Positions 40,120 through 53,700 of a stretch of DNA of 64,000 nucleotides are shown here, piece by piece. Where the stretch lies: the NCBI GenBank assembly GCA_964035545.1, contig OZ037767.1, forward strand, positions 10,364,581 to 10,428,580. Direction: 5' to 3'. How positions within the stretch are numbered: the first letter of the stretch is position 1; each line of letters begins with the position of its first letter. Both the position numbers and the translations under genes were made by a program. The notes under the pieces are model-generated. The model was not told where the DNA came from. It did not search any database and was given only the letters and a program-made list of their open reading frames with translations. Origin of the DNA: Bugula neritina. Taxonomy: Eukaryota; Animalia; Bryozoa.

Positions 40120-42339
40120 GGTACCTCATAGGTGCTCAGCACTAAAGAGGGCAATTAGCAAATTCATGCACCAGAAGACAATAACCTAAAAATATAGTAT
40201 TCAATAAAATCACATTAGCATGAAAACTTCAGCAATAATTAGTTCTGGGGTTTTGGACACTGAGCCCAACAAAAATGTCATAGCAAAATTTACTACAAAA
40301 CCAATATAATATTTGGGCATACTACCCTGAAGTTGTATTTAGCTGATATTTAAGATACATGTGAATAATTTAATACTGCCTAAATGTAATGGGTGACGGA
40401 CTCTTTAAGTATCTTCACTATTCAGAAAAAGAATTTCAACCTCAATCGTTGGCTGCTAGCAAATACAATTGGTTATGTTTACTTCACTCATCCTTTCATA
40501 TTTACTTTTACCAAAATAAATGATTGGCTATTCTTAACCCTTACACCAGTCACATCAATATTTTGACCTTTGGTCTTGGAATAGTTACGAAGCTGAGCTT
40601 AGTTTCACCATTATAATTTTGATATAAAAACTACTTCATAAAATTTTAAAAAAGTTAAATACAAATATTTATAATTAATAATATAATTTTAAAGACATAA
40701 ATTCAAATCAATCCTGACATGACAATAAGCCTGCCAAACTTATATATAGTAATTTTAAAGCCAAAATAAAACCAATTTAGATGGTTATGAGCATCACCAT
40801 TATCATATTCACACTGATAATTATAATTATAACGCTACTTATATTGATACCAATAATGGTATTTTTTTGTTTTTAGCATTAGGCAAATATCAATTGAGAA
40901 CTCAAATTTACAGTGACTATTAAGAAACTAATTATCTAAATTTAAAGCACAAAATAAAATATAACAAATTATTTTATCTAATAGAAATTAATAGTTTACA
41001 TTTTCAATGCTACTTTCAAATTAAAATTTTTAGTTCAACTTGCCTACCTAAACTAGTGCAACATTTAACTACCCCTACTACACTCTACAGATATTACTAC
41101 TAGCCTGGAAGTAATATAATTTTGTTATTCATATTTACTCTAAGCACTTAGTACAACTATAACTATAGGTACTATTTCCACAACTAAATGTAACTAATGG
41201 TTAAATTTCAGATTGAACTTACTGTTAGATTAAGTTACAATTTATCTAACAGTACAAGTATAACTTAAAGTTAAAGTTTTCAAGTATTAAATTACCTTTT
41301 ACTTACATAAAAGTTAGTTATATTCTAATTCAATTTTAGTCGCAGTGACTGTGTTACTTATAGTTATACGGTTTAGGACTAGTGCTTCTGTTAACGTATT
41401 CACTTTTAGCATAACTGATCAGTACCACTACCAGCATGAGCATGGGTATAACTATCAGTATCATACAATGTGAGTATCACTACCAATATAACTATAAGTA
41501 TGAATATCAATATAAATGTGATTGTATAAATTTATAGATTAAAATAATATCAGACTCAGTAATTACTATTAGTATTAGTATTAATTATTATAAGTATTAG
41601 ACTACTACTACTGTACTACTCATACTGATATTGTATTACTATTAATAGTAGTAGTATCACTATTAGTATTACTGATAGTACTAGTATTACTAAAAGCATA
41701 GTTATATTAATTATAATTAACTTATAAACAGAGTTAGCATAACACTTACCATAAGTATTAGTATTACTATTATTAATCATTAGTAATACTACATTACTAG
41801 TATTACTATTAGTATTAGTAATACTAATAGTAATATTACTATTAGTATTACTATTAGTATTGCTTTTAGTAAAACTGAGTTTTAGTATTACTATTACTAT
41901 TAGTATTCGTACAACTAATAACTATAAGTATAATTATAAATATAAACTTAGCCATAATTACTATTAGCCTTAGGCATTACCTTAGGCTTATCATTATGAG
42001 TCATCAGTCATGTGTCTAGGGCTTATTATTTATAACATTATATTTTACCATTCATATATAAATTAATAATTATTGCAATAGGAATCTCAAATTTAATATG
42101 AATATTTCAATTTCAATTTGCAGTTCATCCAATTTTTATTTGATCAGATACTCATAGTGATAGTCATGCTCATACTCATAGTCATATTCATATTGATATT
42201 GATACTGACTCTGAGTCTGATGGTCATACTCATACTGATACAGAAATAAGTGCTGCGCTTTCAGAGAGAAAAATTATTGCAAGATATTTTTACACGTGGT
42301 TTATTTCAGATTTAGCTCCTCAAATCTTTTTGTATTTAC

Positions 42340-42790
42340 CGATACAGTAATTGCAATTAACTTATATTTCACATCTACATTTACTTGAAATTCGCCAGTT
42401 TGCAGTTAAATTAATTCAGCCAGAAACAGGAAATTGTGTTAACCACGCCTTCTTTTGACCTTGATTAATAACGTCTCGATATTGCATCTTTTTGTAATTT
42501 GAGACTTGTTTAGTTGTTGATAAATGTTATTTTGTTTTTTATTTTAAATTGCAGTAAATTTTTTATGTAAACAGTTTACTGTGGAATGTAAAATATTCAG
42601 ATCATTAGACGTGCGGCTACGCATATTGACATGCTTAGCACGAGTTTGTAGGAAAATTCCTATGTTATAACCGGTTCAAACTAGTTTGTTTAATTCCTTG
42701 GTGTTGAACCCGTAAATATAGTCATTTTATGGCGCGTTTGCTAATTTGATGTGAGCGTTTGGAAACTCGTGTCTTCTTTCTTCTCGTAAG
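42340..42790. promoter_or_regulatory. Probable bidirectional promoter with non-coding first exons of RalGAPA (-) and XPO1 (+)
   Basis: The genes are head-to-head and both ATG exons are preceded by acceptors (40186 on -, 44655 on +), so 5'UTR exons must exist upstream. This segment is relatively CpG-rich and has outward-facing candidate donors (gtaagt at 42786 on +; gtaaat at about 42339 on -). Transcription starts are inferred, not seen. Confidence 0.55.
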
Positions 42791-44704
42791 TTGGCTTATT
42801 TAGTTGTTAGTGGAAATATTTTTGTTGATCAAGCGCAAGAGTCTTCTAACCGTGTAATTTAGCATCCTCATTTTGATTTTGTGAAATTTGATAGAAGTTC
42901 AAGTTGATTTCACTTATACTATAGTTATACTTCTAGTAAGTAGTAGTTCTTTTCGGGTTTGGTTACTTAATTTAAATTTTAAACTACCAGACCCAGTAGC
43001 AGTAGCCAATGCCATTACCCATGCGGATTACATCTATCAGTACCAACTTCGAGCAAAGCATTCTTCATCATTGTTATAATCTAACTTTAACTCATTGTGA
43101 TTGTGATTATCATTGCGAATAAGAGTAAAAGTAACTTCTAACAGTAACTCCGACTTGGTAGCTCAAACTGTGAGTGTAACCGGTGTAACCTTAACCACTG
43201 TAACGGACTCTAACTCTTACATTAATACTAATAATAGAGTAATACCAATAGTACTATTAACACTTGCACCAACAGTTAAACTTAATGACTATTGAATCGA
43301 GTATCAGTAATAAATATTAATACTTAACAATAATCATCAGTATCAGTACGACTATCACCATTATATTCACTTTCAGATAATAATATTAACTTTAATAATT
43401 ATGGATATCACATTATCATTATGATTTTAATATCAGTGTAATTAATTTTAAATTTAATATCTGTTACAGTTACAATTAGTGAGTTACACTTACTGGCCTA
43501 ACTTGACCATAACTATTAGTGTTTGTACTTTGTAGTATGAGTTATAATATATTTCTTTAAATATGCTGTACTATATCAAAGTAATTTTATATATAAATAT
43601 AAAATGTGTTTAATATAAATTTATTGAAGTTTTTTATTTAAAAAGTTGTTTTTTTACTGTTTTACAAAAAATATAACTCATGCTTGCTCGTAAAAGCTAT
43701 AAATCTTTCAATGTTAAAATAATTATGTTTAATTTGAAATTTTATCTGATCATAGCTATAAAATCTCAACCTAAAACTTTTTACTAAAGCCAAATGCACA
43801 CATTTAAAAATTCAAGCACAGTTGCTAGATGCAGTTGGACTCAGTTATACTTATTGTAATAATATAACTCCTTGGAAAAATGTTGTATTCCACTTGCAGT
43901 TTGTTCTTCATAAAAGCCTGAAAATCAATATTAGCACTAAAGCAGTCTTGATGAATCATCATTTTTGCTACCAAAAGAACTTTAGTAGAGTGAAATAGTA
44001 TATGAAAATATTTTAAATGTCCCTCCTTTGCATACAAGCACAAATTGAGAAGAGTTGGGTTTGTTAATGCCATTCTTGAAAGCTTTAATGCATTACATTA
44101 ATTGAAAAAAGATTATTTAAGAAAAAGAGTCCCACAAACATATTAAAATACTTAGCTAATCCTCAACTGTTTCAATGGTTTTTACTTTTGAGAAACAAGT
44201 ACTTAAAGTTTAAATATTTAAACAGTTTAGATGCCTTTATGTTACTCTTCTTTGTCAGTAATGCTGTGCCATAATATAACCCAAAAGCTTAGTAAGCTTT
44301 TCGTCATGGCTTTGTGGTCAAAAGATCTAGAATATTCTAACTAGTTACACTCAGTTCCAAGCTTCCATTTTGTAGTTGAGTTTCCCTTATTCTTATCCAG
44401 TTTGCACAGTTTAAATGCCTAACTAATGAAATTTATGGTAAATCTGAGTTGCTTCATTTGACTGGTAAAGTTGGGGGTTTAATTTATTTGCTTGAACTCA
44501 ATGTTTTATAGAATGTTTAAATGAATCCCCTCTACATTTTTTCTCAATATTCTGTTTATAAGCAGTTTTCATTTCAACAGAACTAATGATTATTTATGGT
44601 ATTGTAATTATTTATTCATGTTACATATTCCATAATTTAATAATTTTGTTTTTAGGCATCCTCTCCTCCTTTCATCTCCTCTTCATCATCTAGCTGACAT
44701 CATC

Positions 44705-47700
44705 ATGTCTACCATCGCTGAGCAAGCCAATTCTCTTCTCGACTTCAGTGGTAAACTTGACATTCAACTATTGGATAATGTCATCAATTGTATGTACAAA
44801 GGCCATGGACAACAGGTTGGTGGTTACTGCAACATAGACTGGCCATTCAGTTACCTAATCAAGGCTATACTGGTGGCATGACTACACTTATGCTGCTGGC
44901 AGTATTTCATTGCCAGATTCTCTATTGAATGCTTTAATAGTTGATACCAGTATTGGAGTTGTCTGCTTTGTTTTTTTGTTTTTGATAATTGGTAGTCAAG
45001 TGAGATTTTAGGTTGGTGGCCTCTAATCCAGTAGTAGGTTGCCTGTAAAAAGGCATTTTAATTATAGGGAAGACTATGTTTCTATTTTTACTACTACCTC
45101 CATTAGTGCCCTCCTATTGATTATATGTTTGCTCTGTACTATAACTGCTAGTTTATTTGTGTAGCAACAAATGGCCCAGCAGGTGTTGACCAGCTTGAAG
45201 GAGCACCCAGATGCCTGGACCAGGGTAGACACTATGCTGGAATATTCCACTGACAATGAAACCAAGTACTACGCTCTTCAGATTCTAGAGCACGTGATTA
45301 AAACCAGATGGAAAGCTCTACCCAGGCAACAATGTGAAGGTCCAGTGTTTGCTTTCATTTCTTGGAGTTTTATTAAAGCAAATGTTGAAAGCTGAAATTC
45401 AATGGTTGTGTGAGCAGGTGGTAAAACCAGGCTTTAGAAATTATGTAATTACCAAATGAAGCCAGCTGAGTTATCCTTTCTATTTGAAAATAGTGCTATT
45501 CTATTCAATACAACTGTACCAGTAAAAACCTCAGTGCTTCTGTGTCTATCTATCAACTGCCTAGCTGCACAATATTATATTACACAGAGTTAAGCTAAAA
45601 ATGATGACTAGGCAGACATTGTTTGAAAATTTCAGAAAAATTATCTAAATTGTGTGACTAGTCAGTCACACTCTTCTTGGCTAGTGATTGTCAAATAACA
45701 AAATATAGTGTAATGAGAATAATTATAGAAGAAATACTTAAGCTGCCATTGTTTACTGGTTCAATTAGCTATTTGTTTAAGTTACAGTCATGGTCGCTCA
45801 AAGTTTGTTCGTGAAAGGTTTTATGGTTTTATTATCATTTCAACTGTCGCAAAGAGATCATAACTATATATAGTTTTAATCATTTGATAAGTTTGGCTTT
45901 TCCGCTTTTACATGTTCCATGTGTAAAGCCTATAGATACAATTTTATTATATGTATACTTGTACCAATCATGCATTGATGAATGGTCTCAAAACAAAATA
46001 TAGAAAATTGAAAAATACTGCAAGATGCAAGGTCATGTGCTTTTATAGCAAGTTCAACAGGGTTCAACAGTTATCATTTTCCAGAAGTCACTAACCTCCA
46101 GCCAATACAGTGTTGTGTAAATAGAATTCCCTCATATTCATGGTTTTGCAAATTGTAGGTATCAAGAAGTATATTGTCAGTATGATCATCAAAACATCTT
46201 CTGACCCAGAGGCAGCCGACAAAAAGAAGGTTTTCCTAGGAAAACTCAACATGATTCTTGTTCAGGTACTTCTAGATTCTAGAACATTCTAGTATTTACC
46301 AGCAATCACCTTCAGTTGTATTCAATCGTGTGTATACTAAGTTCTTTATGTACAGATCTTAAAGTACGAGTGGCCTAAGAACTGGCCCACCTTTATAAGT
46401 GATATAGTCGGCTCCAGCAAGACTAATGAAACCCTCTGTCAGAATAACATGATGATCCTAAAACTGCTTAGGTAAGTACCCCTTTCCCCCTCAACACTGT
46501 TTGTGCTAATACTCAGTCTACAGAGTACCTTTTTGGCAGCTGGTAATGTGTTTTCATTCATCTGGCAGTTTACTCTGCCTTCACTGCTTCACTCAGGCTA
46601 ATGGCTGAGTCTTTGTTGTAGTGAAGAAGTGTTTGATTTCTCAAGTGGCCAAATGACTCAAACAAAGGCCAAGCATCTCAAAGAGAACATGTGCAGTGAA
46701 TTTTCAGTCATCTTTCAGCTCTCCCAATATGTCATGGTAGGTGAAAGTGGTGATGTCTCTATACACTTACTCTCTATATACTTACTCTCTATGTCTCTAT
46801 ATACTTACTCTCTATGTCTCTATATACTTACTCTCTATGTCTATACACTTACTCTCTATGTCTATACACTTACTCTCTATGTCTCTATACACTTACTCTC
46901 TATGTCTCTTTACACTTACTCTCTATGTCTCTGTACACTTACTCTCTATGTCTCTGTACACTTACTCTCTATGTCTCTATACACTTACTCTCTATGTCTC
47001 TATACACTTACTCTCTATGTCTCTATACACTTACTCTCTATGTCTATGCACTTATTCTTCAAGCATTAGCTAGTGTGTGCCTTTTTTTTTCTTCAGGAAA
47101 ACTCGCAAAATGCTGCCCTCGTGGGCTCCACTCTTGAAACTCTACTTCGCTTTCTCAACTGGATCCCTCTTGGCTATATCTTCGAAACAAATCTTATTCG
47201 TTCGCTCATCGAGAAGTTCCTTGATGTGCCCATGTTCAGAAATGTCACCCTAAAATGCCTCACGGAGATTGCCGGGATACAGGCCCAGCAATACAATGCA
47301 CAGTTCTGCACCCTCTTCCAGATGGCCATCGCCAAGTTAAAGCAGGTATGTTAGTTATTCAACTGTAAGTGTTCTGCCGATATTCTTTAACTGGTTAGGG
47401 TTTGCTGCTACAGTTAGCCTCCGCGTCTGCTGCAGATGGTGTCTGGGACTACCAACCTCAGGGACGCCTACCAGCAGGGAAAGGACGATGAGCAGAACTT
47501 TATACAGAACCTGGCCTTGTTTCTGGCCACCATATTGAAGGAGCACGGCAGCAGACAGTTTGAAGTGGACGGCTTGAAGGAGCCCCTGCAAGATGCTCTG
47601 CATTTTCTCATATTGATCTCAGAAGTTGAAGAAACAGAAATATTTAAAATTTGTCTGGATTATTGGAACACTTTGGCTGCGGAGCTGTACAGGGAGGCCC

Positions 47701-50700
47701 CGGGAGCCGCGGGTGGACAGGCGTCGCCCCTTCTTCTCATTGGCGGTCTGATGAGTGGTGCGATGAGACAGCTGGAGATGTCACCGAGACGGGCTCTCTA
47801 CATTCCCACCCTTAGTAAGGTAGCTCTCAGTCTAGCGCCCTACTATATAGCCTAATTGTGTGTATTTACAGGTACCAAGTAATATGTATGTACATATATG
47901 TGTCTTCACCAATATCATGTATGTACATGTCTTTGTGTTTGTGTAGTTGAGGAGAGTTATGATCTCTCGAATGGCCAGGCCAGAGGAAGTGCTGGTTGTA
48001 GAAAATGAACAGGGCGAAGTAGTCAGGGAGTTTATGAAAGACACAGATTCCATAAATCTCTATAAAAATATGAGGGAGACACTGGGTACATTCCATATTT
48101 GCCTCTTCACATAAGTTCTTTGGCTAGGCGTTCCTTACCTGTATATTACATTATATCTAACACTATCTGTATATTACAGTATATCTAACACTATCTGTAT
48201 ATATTACAGTATATCTAACACTATCTGTATATTACAGTATATCTAACACTATCTGTATATTACAGTATATCTAACACTATTTGTATATTACAGTATATCT
48301 AACACTCTCTGTATATTACAGTATATCTAACACTATCTGTATATTACAGTATATCTAACACTATCTGTATATTACAGTATATCTAACACTATCTGTATAT
48401 TACAGTATATCTAACACTATCTGTATATTACAGTATATCTAACACTCTGTATATTACAGTATATCTAACACTCTCTGTCTATTACAGTATATCTCACGCA
48501 CTTGGATTACGTGGACACTGAGATGATAATGACTGAGAAGCTACACAACCAAGTTAATGGCACCGAATGGTCCTGGAAGAACTTGAACACCCTGTGCTGG
48601 GCTATCGGCAGCATCAGGTTAGTGTTGTGGGAAGACAAATCTTAGTAATATGCGTTATCGGTGTGCTCTGTCCTACCCCCTCGTTCTGCCTCTTCTGTTT
48701 AGTGGGGCCATGCACGAGGAGGACGAGAAAAGATTCCTCGTCACTGTCATCAAGGACTTGCTGGGTCTGTGTGAGCAGAAAAGAGGGAAAGACAACAAGG
48801 CCATCATAGCCAGTAACATCATGTACGTCGTGGGACAGTATCCGAGATTCCTTAGAGCTCATTGGAGATTCCTCAAGACTGTCGTGAACAAGAACTTCGA
48901 GTTTATGCATGGTGAGTAAACGTAGCATGTGCATCGTCATATATATACACCATCTTATCATATATACATTCCATCTTATCATATATACACACCATCTTAT
49001 CATATATACATTCCATCTTATCATATATACACACCATCTTATCATATATACATTCCATCTTATCATATATACACACCATCTTATCATATATACACAAGCC
49101 TTGTCCTATATGCATATTATTTTATACACATAAGTAATCTACACATCTCCACATTTACTCTCTATATACTTACTCTCTATCTCTATACACTTACTCTCTA
49201 TCTCTGTACACTTACTCTCTATCTCTGTACACTTACTCTATCTCTGTACACTTACTCTATCTCTGTACACTTGCTCTCTATCTCTGTACACTTGCTCTCT
49301 ATCTCTGTACACTTACTCTCTATCTCTATACACTTACTCTCTCTGTCTCTATACACTTACTCTCTCTGTCTATACACTTACTCTCTATATCTCTATACAC
49401 TTACTCTCTATGTCTCTATACACTTACTCTCTATGTCTCTATACACTTACTCTCTATGTCTCTATACACTTACTCTCTGTGTCTCTATATACTTACTCTC
49501 TCTGTCTCTATACACTTACTCTATATCTCTATACACTTACTCTCTCTGTCTCTATATACTTACTCTCTATATCTCTGTACACTTACTCTCTATGTCTCTA
49601 TACACTTACTCTCTATGTCTCTATACACTTACCCTCTATATCTCTATACACTTACTCTCTATGTCTATACACTTACTCTCTATGTCTCTATATACTTACT
49701 CTCTATGTCTCTATACACTTACTCTCTATGTGTTTCTATACACTTACTCTCTCTGTCTATACACTTACTCTCTATGTCTCTATACACTTACTCTCTATGT
49801 CTCTATACACTTACTCTCTATGTCTCTATACACTTACTCTCTATGTCTCTATATACTTACTCTCTATGTCTCTGTACACTTACTCTCTATGTCTCTATAC
49901 ACTTACTCTCTCTGTCTCTATACACTTACTCTCTATGTCTCTATACACTATGTCTCTATACACTTACTCTCTATGTCTATACACTTACTCTCTATGTCTC
50001 TATATACTTACTCTCTATGTCTCTATACACTTACTCTCTATGTGTTTCTATACACTTACTCTCTATATCTCTGTACACTTACTCTCTATGTCTCTATACA
50101 CGTACTCTCTATGTCTCTATACACTTACCCTCTATATCTCTATACACTTACTCTCTATGTCTATACACTTACTCTCTATGTCTCTATATACTTACTCTCT
50201 ATGTCTCTATACACTTACTCTCTATGTGTTTCTATACACTTACTCTCTCTGTCTCTATACACTTACTCTCTCTGTCTCTATACACTTACTCTCTATGTCT
50301 CTATATACTTACTCTCTATGTCTCTGTACACTTACTCTCTATGTCTCTATACACTTACTCTCTCTGTCTCTATACACTTACTCTCTATGTCTCTATACAC
50401 TATGTCTCTATACACTTACTCTCTATGTCTCTATACACTTACTCTCTATGTCTCTATACACTTACTCTCTGTGTCTCTATATACTTACTCTCTCTGTCTC
50501 TATACACTTACTCTATATCTCTATACACTTATTCTCTATGTCTCTATACACTTACTCTCTATGTCTCTATACACTTACTCTCTGTGTCTCTATATACTTA
50601 CTCTCTATGTCTCTATACACTTACTCTCTGTGTCTCTATATACTTACTCTCTCTGTCTCTATACACTTACTCTATATCTCTATACACTTATTCTCTATGT

Positions 50701-53700
50701 CTCTATACACTTACCCTCTATATCTCTATACACTTACTCTCTATGTCTCTATACACTTACTCTCTATGTGTTTCTATACACTTACTCTCTCTGTCTCTAT
50801 ACACTTACTCTCTATTTCTCTATACACTTACTCTCTATGTCTCTATACACTTACCCTCTATATCTCTATACACTTACTCTCTCTGTCTCTATACACTTAC
50901 TCTCTATGTCTCTATACACTTACTCTCTATGTCTCTATACACTTACTCTCTATGTCTCTATACACTTATTCTCTATGTCTCTATACACTTACCCTCTATA
51001 TCTCTATACACTTACTCTCTATGTCTCTATACACTTACTCTCTATGTCTCTATATACTTACTCTCTATGTGTTTCTATACACTTACTCTCTCTGTCTCTA
51101 TACACTTACTCTCTATTTCTCTATACACTTACTCTCTATGTCTCTATACACTTACTCTCTATGTCTCTATACACTTACCCTCTATATCTCTATACACTTA
51201 CTCTCTATGTCTCTATACACTTACTCTCTATGTCTCTATACACTTACTCTCTATGTCTCTATATACTTACTCTCTATGTGTTTCTATACACTTACTCTCT
51301 CTGTCTCTACACACTTACTCTCTATGTCTCTATACACTTACTCTCTATTTCTCTATACACTTACTCTTTATATCTCTATACACTTACTCTCTATGTCTCT
51401 GTAGAAACTCATGATGGGGTACAGGATATGGCGTGTGACACCTTCTTGAAAATAGCTCAGAAGTGCAGGAGACATTTTGTACAGATCCAAGTGGGAGAGG
51501 CCGTGCCCTTCATTGAGGAAATACTCTCCATTATCAACACCATCATATGTGACCTCAAACCTCAGCAGGTAAACAGCACACTCCTGTGTATATACCTAAT
51601 ATACCTGCGTATGTATACCTGTACACACCATACTGTCTGTATACTTACCTGTATATATCATATACCATACTCACTGTATACCTGTACATACCATATTCAC
51701 TGTATATACAATGCTCTCTGCAGGTTCACACATTCTACGAGGCTGTCGGACTCATGATTGGTGCTCAGACGGAGCCAGAAGCCCAGGAGGCCCTGATTGA
51801 GAAGTACATGAGTCTACCCAACCAGGTGTGGGACTCTGTCATCAGTCAGGCATCAAACAGCGTCGACATTCTGAAGGACGCCGAAGTCATCAAGCAGCTG
51901 GGGAATATTCTCAAGACTAACGTCCGGGCGTGCAAGAGTCTGGGACACCCCTACGTCAAACAGGTGACCCTCCCATCCTACGCTCATTAAACTCCGAATT
52001 AGCTTTCACTTGAGGTGATGCTAGTTTAGTTAGAGTTACTGAATCTGCTTAGCATTCCCAGTACAAACTGTATAAAGTGGTTACGTTGTGTTGCAGCTGG
52101 GCCGAATCTACCTGGACATGCTGAATGTGTATAAAGTTATGTCGGAGAATATAACCACCGCCTGCGTAACCAACGGCAACCAAGTCATCAAGCAGCCCCT
52201 CATCAAAGGCATGAAGACTGTGAAGAAGGAGACACTGAAGCTGATCAGTAGCTGGGTGTCTCGATCCAATGACCCTGTGGTAGGTCACCGCGTCATCATG
52301 TGAATATCACAGCGTGACTGGAATGTCAGCGTGTAGACCTAATCAATAGCTTTTCTACATTTTGAACTCTTAGCTTGCCGTTCATGATTTTATATACATT
52401 TCCTCAGGTTGTGGCTGAGAACTTCATAGCTCCTCTCCTGGAGGCAGTCTTACTGGACTATAAGAGAGGCGTGCCAGCTTCTAGAGAGCCTGAGGTCCTG
52501 GGAACTATGGCTACCATAGTCAGTAAACTAGGGGTGAGTTGTGTTGTGTGCATTCAGTTGGTTGCCTCAAACGCATCTTATCTCTGAACTGTAGCAACTG
52601 TCACCTTAACAACTGCGTGGTATTGCAGAACGTCATCACAAAACTGGTTCCGGAAATATTTGATGCGGTGTTTGAGTGTACCCTGGAGATGATCAACAAA
52701 GATTTTGAAGAGTTCCCTGAACATCGGACTGAATTTTTCACTCTTCTCCAAGCTGTTAACTCACACTGCTTTGCAGGTAGCACTTCCCTATGCTTCATAG
52801 TTTGCTATACTTCCTGATTTGTCTATCTTTGCTACCAAGCAGCGCCCTCTGGTGTCATCCTCTCTTATTACTGTGTCTGGTTGTTTAGCTTTCCTGGAAA
52901 TCCCGCCCCCTCAGTTCAAACTGGTGCTGGACTCGGTTATCTGGGCGTTCAAGCATACGATGCGCAACATCAGCGAGATCGGCCTCGACATACTCTACAC
53001 TATGTTGAAGAACTTCAGTCAGCACGACCAAGCTGCCCAGAACTTCTACACCCTCTACTACACGGACATAGTGCAGCACGTGTTCAGCGTGGTGGCCGAC
53101 AGCGTGCACACAGGGGGGCTCACCGCACAGTCCACCATCCTAGCCTACCTGTTCAACATCTTAGAAACTGGGGCTATCACCGTGCAGCTCTCTCCAGAAT
53201 ACCCTGCACCTCAGAACCTGCAGTTCATACAGAATTACATGCTTAACCTTCTCAAGTCAGCCTTCCCCAACCTGCTGGAGTGAGTAGTCCTTCTCCAATA
53301 TGGCTAATCTCTCTCATCTCTTATTCACTGCGTTTCCATTACTTTGCAGAATGATGCTCGTACACATGAGTTTGTTGTTGCGGTTTGAACTTAAGGTTGT
53401 GGGTTCATTCGACGCAACTGTTTTCAAATATCAAATGAAAGCTCCATTCACATCATGCGAAACTTGGAAACATAGTGAATATGATACCACATTTTAAAAG
53501 ATGCTGTTTGTAATGATATAGAGCAATTTGTGAGCCTTGATTTTTGCCTGTCCATATGTTTTGTGAGCGTTTGCACGGAGTAATGTGTTTTGTAGTGCGC
53601 AAATCAAGGTGTTCATTGAAGGTCTGTTTAGTTTTGATAACGACATCACTCAGTTTAAAGAGCATCTTCGGGACTTCCTTGTACAGATCAAGGTACGTGA

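Noticed and set aside
48929-51404. 942/664/652-aa ORFs
   Set aside because: They are translations of a stop-free 23-bp intronic repeat in all three frames; only the last part of the 942-aa ORF (51405-51568) is a real XPO1 exon.
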